From Octopus sinensis (lineage: Eukaryota): a stretch of DNA of 64,000 nt. Shown here one piece after another: positions 12,031 through 25,099 of the stretch. The notes below the pieces were generated by a model. That model saw only the letters and a list, made by a program, of their open reading frames with translations. It ran no database searches and was not told the origin of the DNA. How positions within the stretch are numbered: position 1 is the first letter of the stretch; every line of letters begins with the position of its first letter. Location: assembly GCF_006345805.1 (NCBI RefSeq), contig NC_043004.1, positions 58,838,001 through 58,902,000 of the forward strand, given 5' to 3'. Both the position numbers and the translations under genes were made by a program.

Positions 12031-12517
12031 ACTAGGTGCACAGCTAAAATATAATATCAGGATATGTCTATAAAATATTTTGTTGAATCTATTGATAGTG
12101 GATAACATTAGTTACATGCCAGACCCTAGTCCCACCAAGAGAAAGGACCACCGAAAATACTGTGGTTCTCTTTAAACATTAAAACCAGAGTAGGTAAGAT
12201 CTTCCTTAGTTTATTTAATAGACATACCCTGAGATTATCTACTGACAGATACACAAGTGCATCTTTTCCCTGACTTACGGTCTCTGAGACAACTCACATG
12301 CGTTTGTGTGTGTGTGTGTGTAGACAATGGATTTCTTTCAGTTCTGTCAACCAAATCCACTCACAAGGCTTTGGCAGGCAGACTTTTGGGGTAGCTATCA
12401 CTAACACACAGAGAAGGAAAAGAGCAAGGAAGAAGGCAATTGTTTAATAGTTTGATTTATTAACCCTTTCGTGAATTTTTTAAAAAAATTGTCTGTCATT
12501 AAATTATAGGAAATACT

Positions 12518-12560
<43 letters not shown>

Positions 12561-14627
12561 TGTGTGTGTGTGTGTGTGTTTTCGTAGCTAGGTGCGGGTG
12601 TGATTGTGTGATAAAACGTTTGTTTCCTAATCACACAGTTTCAACTTCAGTTCCACTATGTGATACCTTGTGCAAGTATTTTCTACTATAGCTCCGACCA
12701 ATCAAAACCTTGTGAGTAGATTTAGTAGACAGAAACTGAAAGAAGTGTATTGTATATATAAATGTGTGTGTGTATGTGTGTGTGTGTGTGTGTGTGACTA
12801 CCACCTCTTGAAGACCAGTGTTGGTTTGTTTTACTTCCTTGTAATTTACTGGTTCAGCGAAACGATACCAATAGAATACGTACCTGGCTTTATAAAGTAA
12901 GTAATGGGGGCAATTTGTTTTGACTATACCCTTCAAGGCAGAGCCCCAGCATGGTCACAGTCCAATGACTGCAACAAGTAAAAGATAAAACATAGTTTGT
13001 TTGTTCTTAACCTGTTTAACTTCTTGGTGCACCAGAGATTAAATATCAAAATAAAAAAAAAATGCTAACACATTTGCCATGGAAAGTCAATCGCTATTGG
13101 CAATCGTCGCATAAGATTTTTTTTTATATAATTTAACTGTTTTAAAGTTAAAAATGTTGAAAACGGTAAGAGAAAATTATAGCTTTCCTTATTTTGTCAA
13201 TCATATTTGTCTATGACAAAATTATGAACGACGCATTTTTGTATATCATTTATATTATTTACATTGTGAATTTATTATTATAAAACATACATAACAAGTC
13301 CTCATTCACCATCCCAGAGAGACGTAATGCCATTGCCCCCACCAAGCATGTCTGAACTTTGTGGTAAGTAGCTTGCTAACCAACCACATGGTTCCGGGTT
13401 CAGTCCCATTGCATGGCATCTTGGGCAAGTGTCTTCTGCTATAGCCCCGGGCCGACCAATGCCTTGTGAGTGGATTTGGTAGACGGAAACTGAAAGAAGC
13501 CTGTCGTATATATGTATATATATATATGCGTGTGTGTGTTTGTGTGTCTGTGTTTGTCCCCCTAGCATTGCTTGACAACCGATGCTGGTGTGTTTACGTC
13601 CTCGTCACTTAGCGGTTCGGCAAAAAGAGACCGATAGAATAAGTACTGGGCTTACAAAGAATAAGTCCCGGGGTCGATTTGCTCGACTAAAGGCGGTGCT
13701 GCAGCATGGCCGCAATCAAATGACTGAAACAAGTAAAAGAGAGAAAAGAGAGAGAAAGACTACAGCTACAACGCGATTTTGTATTTTTCTTTTCAAAGAA
13801 GTCGAGTATAGGTTTTCTAAAATCTCGAATTATATTCCAAAAAAATCTATGGACTATCTGGATTCAATTTTGGTAGTTACTATTTCTGAATATCTGGCTT
13901 AATCTATGGAAATCCGGAGAAAATTCCCTAAGTTTTCAAATAAGCAGTAATATAGTGTAAGGGAAATAACTTTAGAAAATTATAAAGTACACTACTGTCA
14001 AAAATAAATTGCTTTTAATTATGGATAGATATTAAATGACAACGTAACAGGCTTATATTTTATGAATTTACTATTATCAAACGTATATAATAAGTTATAT
14101 AGCAATAAAATACTAGATTCTTGTTAATAATAAAACTGGTTATATTATAGAATGATTCAGAAATAGCTGACTTGGCAAAGTTATCTCCCATTATTATTTT
14201 ACGCTTTATTCTTTTACTTGTTTCAGTCATTTGACTGCGGCCATGCTGGAGCACCGACTTTAGTCGAGCAAATCGACCCCAGGACTTATTCTTTGGAAGC
14301 CTAGTACTTATTCTATCGGTCATTTTGCCGAAACGCTAAGTTACATGGGCGTAAACACACCACCATCAGTTGTCAAGCGATGCTGGGGAGGGGGGTACAA
14401 ACATAAACACACAAACACACACACACACACATAAACATATTCGACGGGCTTCTCTCAGTTCCCGTCCACCAAATCCCCTCACAAGGCTTTGGTCGACCTG
14501 AGGCTATAGTAGAAGACACTTGCTCAAGGTTCCACTCCACACAGTGGGACTGAACTCGGAACCATGTGGTTGGTAAAGAAGCTACTTACCACACAGCCAC
14601 TCCTGTGCCATAATAATAATAATAATA

Positions 14628-14660
<33 letters not shown>

Positions 14661-15158
14661 AATTATTTTGTATAGTGCTCAGGTGCACTACAACTCATTA
14701 CAGAATGCATGTACAGTACATAGAATTATGTACAAAAGTCAGGAAAGTGAACAGTGTATGAGTCATGATGTACATGTGTGCATGCGTATGGAGTGGGAGA
14801 TATCAGGTGTAGTGTGGGCGAATTTCAGGAAGTATGGAGGTTTTAAAGGATGCAATGTCTCAGCAACTAACAACTGATGCAAGTAGTTTGTTCCGTACTT
14901 CAGCAATCTGAGTGTGCAAAAATGTTTTTGAAAGTCATGCGAGCTGTGCTGTTTTCTGACTTTGTAGGCATGCCCACATGTGTTAGACACATGGAACTCA
15001 AAAAGGTGCTCGTAGTGGCTGTTGGCATGATATGATGGTTAATAATTTTGTAGTTGTTTACTAAGTCAGTTGCCGGACGTCGAAGCTTCGATGCATCTAT
15101 GCCTAGGGAAGCAAGGCATCCAGAGTATGGCAGATGTGTGATGGAGAACACCTTATAA

Positions 15159-15447
15159 CAGTGGTTCCCAAAATGGGCGATGTTGCCCCCAGCCTCCACA
15201 CCTGGGGACAGCGGAAAGATCCAGGGGAGCATTGAAGAAAGGTGAGGTGATAATGGGGTGGCCAAAATGGGGTGATAGATGTAAAAAAAAATATTAATAG
15301 GTTAATTTGGTTTAAGTTCTATTTGTAAAATACAGTTGCTTTGAATTTTCAGCAGAAAGTGGTCTATATTTTTGGTGGGGAAGGGCACTACGAATGTGGC
15401 CTGTGTGCCAAGTGGGGAGGCAGCCCGAAAAAGTTAGGGAAACACTG
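15159..15447. mobile_element. hAT-type MITE
   Basis: Ends are CAGTGGTTCCCAA...TAGGGAAACACTG with an exact 8-bp TSD CCTTATAA (15151-15158 and 15448-15455). Confidence 0.9.
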
Positions 15448-16903
15448 CCTTATAATCATTGTGATTGTAAATATATGGGTAAAACGTTATATTTTCTTCT
15501 TTGTAAAATATATAAAACCATATTTTAAAATTATTAGAAATGTCTTGCAAACAACTTGCACATACAAGTGCTACCAGTTAAAAGCTCCGTATACCAGAAG
15601 CTAGCAAGTGTATGGGGTCATCAGGAGAGAATGCGCGCCGTTTCGGAGCCTACCTCTCGACGGCATCAATGCACACCGGCCCCCCTCACTGATATATCTA
15701 CTTACCCACCAAATGGCAGACAATCTTCATGTCCTTAGGCAGGGTTGGCGAGGGAGCTTCTTGTTTTGGTTTAACCTGTTAGAAACGAGAGCTAAATCTT
15801 CTTTGAATCTGTTTCAGAAATGGGAAAACAATAGTTTAGTTACAATACCGGACTAATTACTCAGGAAGCTTAAAACTGGAACTAGCCTGGATTTGGGGAT
15901 TTTTCAGTTTTCTGGAAACCAGCTAAAGATATACTTAAGATATAGAATCAACTATGAAAAGTAAGGAGCTAAATTGTATTTAATAGATTCAAATTAATAC
16001 ATTTCTGAGGTAGGGTCTGCTTGATATTTCTTACTCCACCGAATAGGCGCGGGCATGGCTGTATGGTTAGGGAGCTTGCTTCCTAGCTACATGGTTTCGG
16101 GTTCAGTCCCACTGCGTGGCACTTTGGGTAGGTGTCTTCTGCTATAGCCCCGAGCCGACCGAAGCTTTGTGATGGAATTCGGCAGGTGGAAGTTACTGCC
16201 GTGTCTGTATGTGTGCATGTAGGTGCTTGTGCCTCTCCAAAAGAGAGAGAGAGGGAAAGCACCCTCTACACTCACGGAGTGGTTGGCGTTAGGAAGGGCA
16301 TCAAGCTGTAGAAACTCTGCCAGATAAGACTGGAGCTTGGTGCAGCCTTCTGGCTTCCCAGATCCCTGGTCGAACCGTCCAACCCATGCTAGCATGGAGA
16401 ATGGACGTTAAACGATGATGATGATGATGATGATAATGATATCATATAATCAGTGTAATATTTGTAAGATGAAAATTTAATGAAGAAAAGAAAAGAACAG
16501 GCACAGGTGAGGCTGGGAGGTAAGAAGGTAACCATTGCATGGCACCTCTGGCTAACGAAAGCCTTGTGAGGGACTTTGGTAGATGGAAACTAAAAGAAGC
16601 CTATCGTGTGTGTGTGTTTGTGTGTGTCTGAGTTTGTCCCCCCCACACACCATCGCTGGACAACTGATGTTGTTGTGTTTATGTCCCCATAACTTAGCAT
16701 TTTGGTAAAAGAGACCAATAGAATAAATACTGGGCTTACAAAGAGTAATGAAAAGTGGTGTTCCAGCATGGCCACAGTTAGATGACTGAAACAAAATAAG
16801 GAAATAAAAAGAACATGATTTTATTTAAGTAAAAGAAGTACAAGCTAATACATTAGAAAACGTAAAGAACAAAACCCTTTTTTTTACACACCGTATGCAA
16901 ATT

Positions 16904-17296
16904 GGATGGGTATGGAAGCACTCCGTCGGTTACGACGACGAGGGTTCCGGTTGATCCGATCAACGGAACAGCCTGCTCGTGAAATTAACGTGTAAGTGGC
17001 TGAGCACTCCACAGACACGTGAACCCTTAACGTAGTTCTCGGGGATAATCAGCGTGACACAGAGAGTGACAAGGCAGGCCCCTTGAAATACAGGTACAAC
17101 AGAAACAGGAAGTAAGAGTGAGAGAAAGTTGTGGTGAAAGAGTACAGCAGGGATCACCACCATCCCCTGCCGGAGCCTCGTGGAGCTTTTAGGTGTTTTC
17201 GCTCAACAAACACTCACAATGCCCGGTCTGGGAATCGAAACCGCGATCCTATGACCACGAGTCCGCTGCCCTAACCACTGGGCCATTGCGCCTCCA
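16904..17296 (-). mobile_element. tRNA(Arg-like)-derived SINE family B1
   Basis: Same head as B2 but a different tail (...CGTCGTAACCGACGGAGTGCTTCCA). Direct repeat CGTATGCAAATT at 16892-16903 and 17297-17308. Confidence 0.92.
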
Positions 17297-17737
17297 CGTA
17301 TGCAAATTAACCAGCTTCAAAAACAGGGTTTGGTTACTCAATACGGTGCCATATATTGCATGATATTGCACAGTATTTCCTGGAAATTTCAGATTTCTGG
17401 AAGCCAGAAAAAAGGTCCATTACTGTTATAGGATGCTAAGACATACTGTTGATCTTTTATCTTTTACTTATTTCAATCATTTGAGAGTGGTCATGCTGGA
17501 GCACTACTTTGAAGGGTTTTAGTCAAACAAATCGACCCCAGGACTTACTCTATCTGTTTCTTTTGCTGAACTCCTAAGTAACAAGTATTTAAGCACTCCA
17601 ACACTGGTTGTCAAGCAGTGCTGGGGTGAGAGATAGACACAAAGACACACACATGGATACCTACATACATAAATGCATGCATGCATACATACATGCATAC
17701 ATACATACATACATACATACATACATACATACATACA

Positions 17738-17768
<31 letters not shown>

Positions 17769-18615
17769 GTAGCTGGAACAAGGAAGACACGTTCTTGTTT
17801 TCTCCTGTTCTAGCACGATTCACACGTTCACCACCACAAGCAATATATATATATATAAAGTTAATCCAAACAAGAAAACACAGAAAAAAAGAGAAAAAAC
17901 ACAGTAACGCAGGACGTGGAACAATTAAAGTATTATTGACGCTAATAATAATAATAATGAAATTATTGTATACAGTTCTCTGGTGCACCACAACTTGTCA
18001 GAAAGTGCATATAAAGTACATGCAGTAATGTAAAAATGTCTGGAAAGCGAACAATGTATGAGTCAGATACATGCTTGTGTGTGTATGGAGGGGAGAAAAT
18101 CAGGTGTAGTGTTGGCGAATCTCAGAAAGAATGGAAGTTTTGAAGGATGCAGTGCTCCGACAACTAACAACTGATGCCAGCAGTTTGTTCCATGCTTCAG
18201 CAACTCTCAGCGTGAAAAAATGTTTCCTGAAGTCATGGGAGCTGTGCTGTTTTCTGACTTTGTAAATATGTCCACGGGTGTTAGATGGGTGGAGTTTGAA
18301 AATATATATATATATATATAAATACAGTGTACACTTAAACACATAAGAGGTCTCTATCATAGGACTACCTGCACACTAGAGACGACAGGGCTAAATTTCC
18401 GAAGGGAATGAAAAGATTGAACCAACAAAGTGCTGTAGAGAAAATTTACAAATTCACGAGCAAATATGAAATTAGGAATAAATTAATAACTATCGATGTT
18501 ACATCAAAACGAATGTGATTTTTAAATTTAGTAGTAAAAAATGCATATATGAACATTAAAAAATACAAATAAACAAAACATGTGTTACATTGTGTAATCA
18601 ATTGCACAAAAATTA

Positions 18616-20240
18616 CACTTGCGTCAGAAATTAATTAGCACTTCTCAAATTTCTACATTTTCTTACATTTTCTTAATTTAATTAACTTATTATCAGAAAC
18701 GAACCCGTTTTTAGTCAAAAATTTGTTAAAACATATCCCAGCATACCACATAATAGTCAATATCTTGTTGCTCCTTCTTTGGCAGCAATGACAGCTGCTA
18801 CGCGGGCCGGCATGCTGTCTATGAGCGCCTGCAGGTACTGTGCAGGGATAACCCTCCATGCAGCAAAAAGTGCCCCAAACAGCTCGTGTCGGTTCCTGTA
18901 TTGCTGCACATTCAAATCCCTACCCAATCGACTCCAGAGGTTCTCAATAGGGTTCAGGTCAGGTGACTGGCCAGGCCAGGCCAGTCCATGACCGTCACCC
19001 TATGGCGCGTTGTCCTGCTGGAGCATGTACTCCTCGCCACCAAAGAGGTATCCCGCAGAGGGTAGGGCAGCATTCCGTACTATCTCAATGCACTTTGCTG
19101 CGTTGATGTTGCCTTCGACGGCATAGAGCCGCCCAACACCACTGTAGCTGAACGCCCCCCACACCATCAGACCACATCGCACCATCGCACATGGACAGGC
19201 TTGTCACTGACGAGACTGAATCGCGACTCGTCAGTGAACATCACTGTCCGCCACTGCTGCACGGTCCATGTCTTGTGGGCACGGGCCCAGAGCAGCCGCC
19301 TCTTCCAGTTTTGGGCTGTAAGGAGCGGCTTACGGGCGGCCCTACAGGATTTTAGACCAGCTTCCAGTAATCTGGTCTTGACGGTGGTTGTAGATAACTG
19401 CTTCCCTGTCACCTTTTGCATCTCCTCTGCCAGTTGCCAGCTCGTTGCCCTTCGGTTGTTCAGCGACTTTCGGATCAGCATCCGGTCCTCCCGCTGGGTC
19501 GTCAGCCTCTTCTGTCCCCTACCCTTTTTGTCAGCTGCTGATCCGGTTTCTTCGTATTTCTTAAATAAGCACTGAATTGTGTGCCTGGCTACACCAAGTT
19601 TTCTGGCTATTGCAGCCTCCGACAGCTTCCCACACCACGAGAGAGCCTCGTACCGTCTCTCCAAGGTCATGCGAGGTCTTGGGCCCATCTAGGAATGAAC
19701 GATAAAATCCAGTTATTTTCATTAAAACTATTCATTTGAATAATGTTATGCTATAACAAAACTACTATGAGTTATTATTCATTAAACAAAAAAGAAAGAA
19801 AGCAGAATTTCTCACTTTATTTGATGTATAACAGAAAGTTTTGTGAACCGGAAGTGATGTCACGAAACAGAGTGTAGGAGAATTTGTGATGAAAAAAAAT
19901 CTTGCAAATACACAAATCAATTAACCTACAAGCTGTTCAAAACGTCTTACGCGATGAGAAAACTTAGTACGGTGCGATTTCGGTCCTTGCGAGGCGCTAC
20001 CTATATCTATTAAACAAAGGAAGATTTGTCTGCATCCGCACTCCAAGTTGTTGTTGCACTGCTATGTCAACATCATTAGGCTGTAGACTCTCAAACCGCT
20101 CTGCAAACAAAGTTACGTCATCGTTCTGCGCAACAGTGAACTCACAACAAAGCAATAGTTCGAGATATGGCCACTAGGTGACAGCACATACCTTGAGTGA
20201 AGAGCAAATCAAGGGTGCTAATTAATTTCTGACGGTAGTG
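18616..20240 (-). mobile_element. Full-length Tc1-family DNA transposon
   Basis: 26-bp TIRs CACT(TG/AC)CGTCAGAAATTAATTAGCAC (24/26 identical) at 18616-18641 and 20215-20240, with TA on both flanks. Confidence 0.95.
18757..19688 (-). pseudogene. Tc1 transposase, broken by deletions and a stop
   Basis: HTH region with GRGQKR, then FTDESRF, MVWG, QQDNAP*, WPGQSPDLNPIENLW and ...GATRY*, split over several frames. Confidence 0.93.
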
Positions 20241-21647
20241 TATTTATTGCAGATAAATAATAAGGCATGTATTGCATACATAGACCCTTCACACCTGAGA
20301 CATACATACATTAGCAGCATAAATATGAACAACTTCATTGCCCAACACCAAAGTACTGTACTATGCTACATACTCCCTTGCAATTAGTGCAGAGAAACAC
20401 AAGCTGAGGCTAGGACTGGATGCCCTTCCTAACACCAACCACTCCGTGAGTGTAGTGGGTGCTTTTTACGTGCCACCCACACAGGTGCCAGATGGAGCTG
20501 GCAAACGGCCATGAACAGATGGAGCGTCTACGTGCCACCAGCACGGGGGCCAGAAATCAATCTACAAAAGAAAATTCATTTCCCTGTTATTATATTACAA
20601 AGAGCTAAGTGTGTGCTGTTTGTTTACAACTGACTCGCAATTTCTTTTAGAATCCTTGCCTGTTGCAGTGGAAACTTTGGTAAAAACCCAGCTGCAACAT
20701 CCACGCACTGTTCTTGATCTCAGTCTTTTGGTTGAACAAAATTTGACTGAATTTGACACAAACTAAATTAGAAGAATAATTCTTAGCTAAAGCTAACTGA
20801 ATCACATCTGTCATGCATGTAAAGATGCATGTGTTAATCTAGTGAACAGTGAACTGCAGCTAAGTGCACCATCAGATGTTGCTATAAGATGCAGCTAGGA
20901 GTGCCATAATCTGTTGCTTGGTGTGCAACAGATGTAGCTACATGCATCACAAAATGCAATTAAGTGGGTTGTGAGATATAAGTAGGTGTGCAGTAAGCTG
21001 TATCTAGTACCTAGATGTACTGCAGAATGTAGTTAAGGGCTGTAAGGTGTGGTTAGGTGCATCAGATCTACCTCCGCACGCTCTGACATGGCATGCCAGA
21101 CTCAAGTAATCTCACATGTAGCCATTATCGAACTCCGCCTGATGGTATTGGCGGTAAGCTCTAGTAACGTTGCCGATGCCCGAGCAGAAGGTGACGATCA
21201 CCCACACTCCCACACTAACCGAACATTGGATCACGCCGTGTGATCTACCTTCATGGTGGCCACATTGAACACTTGTAAGACAGGAAATAAAAGTTGATTG
21301 TGAGTAAATACTTGTGACTCAGCTGGAGTTTTTTTATTACTTTTCCTTATTAAAATATTGCATAATGAAATCAGTTAATTCTTTTTGAATAGCCCTGTAT
21401 ATGGGAAAGCCTGGATTTTACATGTTCCATTCCCTAAATTTGGATTTTTATTCACATACATGGTAACTCCAATTTCTAACCGTGAACTACAAAATAACTT
21501 TTTTCAGCTTATTAAACTTCAATATAGAAAAAATTTATATCCTTTTATGCCAATAAGCCAATATTGTTCCTGAAAATTGTTTTTTATACATTCTACACGT
21601 TGCTTGAAGCTTACTAACTTCCAACACTCAGATCCTTCCTTTACTTA

Positions 21648-21703
<56 letters not shown>

Positions 21704-22409
21704 CTTTTACTTTTTACTTGTTTCAATCATTTGACTGTGGCCATGCTGGAGCACCACCTTTAGTTGAGCAAATCGACCCCAGGACTTATTCTTTGGAAGC
21801 CTAGTACTTATTCTATTGGTCTCTTTTGCCAAACCGCTAAGTTACAGGGATGTAAACACACCACCATCGGTTGTCAAGCGATGTTGCAGGGACAAACACA
21901 GACATACAAACATATACATGCACATACATATATACGACAGGCTTCTTTCAGTTTCTGTCTACCAAATCCACTCACAAGGCTTTGGTTGGCCAGAGGCTAT
22001 AGTAGAAGACACTTGCCCAAGGTGTCACGCAGTGAGACTGAACCCGGAACAATGTGGTTGGGAGGCAAGCATCTTATCTGGGGTAGCCAAGTATTTCTTC
22101 TATAATAAGACACCTGTCCCTCTCCCTCTATTATACTTTAGCCTCTCAAGTGGTTCAGAGCCATCTCCCTTGGTTCCACTCCCTCTCCCAGCTGAGAGGT
22201 CTTCATCTTGCAAGTTACTTGGTGACCCCACTGGTGTTGGTGCCATGTAAAACGCACCAGTGCTGGTGATATGTAAAATGCACCTGGTGGTTGGCATTGG
22301 GAAGGGCATCCAGCCATGGAAAGTATGCCAAAGTTGACAATGGAGTCTCGTGCAGCTCACCTGCATGCCTAGATTCTGTCAAACTATGTAACCCATGGAA
22401 GATAGATGT

Positions 22410-22441
<32 letters not shown>

Positions 22442-22444
<3 letters not shown>

Positions 22445-22945
22445 TCATCATCATCATCATCGTCATTTAGCGTCCGCTTTCCATGCTAGCATGGGTTGGA
22501 CGGTTCAACTGGGGTCTGTGAAGCCAGGAGGCTGCATCAGGCCCAGTGTGATCTGGCAGTGTTTCTACGGCTGGATGCCCTTCCTAACGCCAACCACTCC
22601 GTGAGTGTAGTGGGTGCTTTTTACGTGCCACCCGCACAGGTGCCAGACGGGGCTGGCAAACGGCCACGGACGGATGGTGCTTTTTACGTGCCACCGGCAC
22701 GGGGGCCAGAGAAGGCTGGCAATGGCCATGAACGGATGGGCTTTTTACGTGCCACCGGCACGGAGGCCAGTCGGGGCAACACTGGCAACGGCCATGATTG
22801 GATGGTTCGCTTACTTGTCACCGGCACTGGTATCACAGCTGCAATTTCCATTGATGTTGATCGACTTCGATTTTGGTTCTGCTTTCTGATATCTGATTTG
22901 ATTTGATTTCGATTTTCACTTGCCTCAACGGGTCTTCACAAGTGG
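22442..22945 (-). mobile_element. RTE-LINE 3' UTR fragment (family E, representative)
   Basis: The sense strand ends GGTTGGCGTTAGGAAGGGCATCCAGC...CCATGCTAGCATGGAAAGCGGACGCTAAA(TGA)n. At 58793-58855 a related UTR follows an RTE-like ORF end (EDRDMWCIAVLKKTC). Other copies: 845-1260, 28720-28980, 38980-39243, 39640-39847, 40984-41350, 58291-58550, 59428-59672, 62447-62880, 63523-64000. Confidence 0.8.
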
Positions 22946-24075
22946 AGTTTTGTGCCCCAAGAAGGAAAGGTATGTATAAGTCGACTGGCTGTGTGTATAT
23001 ATGTATGTATGTATGCATGCATGCATGCATGCATGCATGTATGTATGTGTGTATGTATGTATGTGTGTATGTATGTATGTATGCATGTATGCATGTATGC
23101 ATGTATGTATGTATGTATGTTCAACTGGAGGTTATGTTTAAGTGTGTACTGATATAAGTAAATATTTACAAGTATATCCATTGCTGAGAAAAACTAATAC
23201 TTCCCAATAAAAATACTATGTCACATCTGTTCTACAGATGCACCCTTGTCTTTATAAAAAAAAACAGTGAACCAGGAATTAGGCCATTGAAAATCTCTCA
23301 GCAAGATTTTGTTTTTTAAATTTCATTCTCCTTTATTTTCTTATCGTTTTGTTTCATCTTGATAAGTATTGGCAAAAGAGTAGGATATTTCATCCTCACT
23401 TTCAGCATTTGGCAGTAGCTCATGAAAACCAACAACTACAGAGTCCAATATTTTCTGGCATACACGTCAGATGTTTGAGACCAGACTTAACAGCCAAAGA
23501 AAGTAGGTCAACTCATACACCAAGATGACTTTGGAGGACCAAAAATTTCATGTGAAAAGAGGCAGGATTTGGAAAGACAGTGACAATGTTTAAATGTTTG
23601 CACTATGTATTATGTTGACTTGTATACTAGAAAATAAAGTATTTTAAATAGGTGCAGGAGTGGCTGTGTGGTAAGTAGCTTGCTAACCAACCACAGGGTT
23701 CTGGGTTCAGTCCCACTGCGTGGCATCTTGGGCAAGTGTCTTCTGCTATAGCCCCGGGCCGACCAATGCCTTGTGAATGGATTTGGAAGACAGAAACTGA
23801 AAGAAGCCTGTTGTATATATGTATATATATGTGTGTGTGTGTGTTTGTCCCCCTAGCATTGCTTGACAACCGATGCTGGTGTGTTTACGTCCCTGTTACT
23901 TAGCGGTTCAGCAAAAGAGACCGATAGAATAAGTACTGGGCTTACAAAGAATAAGTCCCGGGGTCAATTTGCTCGCCTAAAGGCAGTGCTCCAGCATGGC
24001 TGCAGTCAAATGACTGAAACAAGTAAAAGAGTAAAAGAGTATTCAGTTTCTTTCTTTCAAAGATGTCAGTATCTA

Positions 24076-24546
24076 TGATAGCAGAGAAGACTTCCTTCTT
24101 CAGCAGAATTAATGAATACAACTATGGCAGTTGCTTTTGACCTCACTTTTGACCACATGTGAATCATGTTTATATCATTTCAGCCAATCAGAAATTTTTG
24201 TTCACATGATAATCACTAGAACCTTTAAATACAGCAGAGGGAATTGGGACCCCTTTGGTTATGGATCCTGCTCAATTCCTCTCTTATAGCTGTTTTCAAA
24301 GCTCTATACTCGACCAAGCACAACACTCTTAATAGCTGTTTTCACAACTCTATGCTCAACCTGGAGATGGATGAAGAATCAACATGGTAATATGAATATG
24401 TACTGATGTGAAAAATCAGACTAATTATCAAATTTCTATTGAAAATCTCCAGCACTTGTAAAACTTTATGTACATATAAGATTGACTCTATCTGTATTGC
24501 ATGAATACTTGTAATAATGTAGCAATAAATTATAAACTGCTATACA
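24076..24546 (+). mobile_element. Possible solo LTR
   Basis: TGATAGCAG...CTGCTATACA ends, with CCAAT, a TATA-like TTTAAATA and AATAAA in the expected order. No convincing TSD. Confidence 0.35.
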
Positions 24547-25099
24547 ACCATGATTATGATCTCACAAAAAGACCTTGACTAAGGCCCTCATCTCTAGTTT
24601 TTAACTACTCATCGTTCATCTGAAATTTCTCTAGTCTTTAATCGCTCATCATTCATTCATCTAACTTGTAATACTAACATGCTGTACTTTGAGTTAAAAT
24701 GACTTTCGTGACTTATAACTCTTTAATTTTTCAAATAACTTTCGAATCACATTTCTTTCAATCTTTGCAGTATTCTCTCCCTGTTTCACATCCCATGTGT
24801 TCCCAACTTTCATACTTGTAATTCTTTAATTCTTCAAATAACTTCCAGATCGTAATTCTTTAAATCCTTGCAATACTTTGTCTGCCTCACAAGTGGCTTC
24901 ATACAACTTTTTTCTATTTCTTGTCTCGAAGCTGCCCATTGCATGTCCTCGCTGTGCCTATCCATTCCCACTCCCACCAGCAATACTGGAAATCTCTTCT
25001 CTTATACTGGAAACCCCTTTAGAGCTCTACCTCACTTCTGTACCAGAAGACTTGTATACCTCCATCCCTCCAAACCATCTACTTCTTTCTCTCTATATG

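Noticed and set aside
13073-13172. RFX X-box-like TTTGCCATGGAAAG followed by ATGTTGAAAACG|gtaaga, a possible first exon
   Set aside because: Both terminal X-box bases mismatch, and I could not link downstream exons with recognisable protein similarity.
15707-15776. Exon-like segment on the minus strand (aacag|GTT...GG|gtaagt)
   Set aside because: The acceptor lies in sequence resembling an old repeat seen near 51280 and 57660, the peptide is unrecognised, and no partner exons were found.
21130-21195. AACTCCGCCTG, reminiscent of the start of RTE-associated twister ribozymes
   Set aside because: The downstream twister elements (GGUCCCAAGCCC and the matching pseudoknot strand) are absent.
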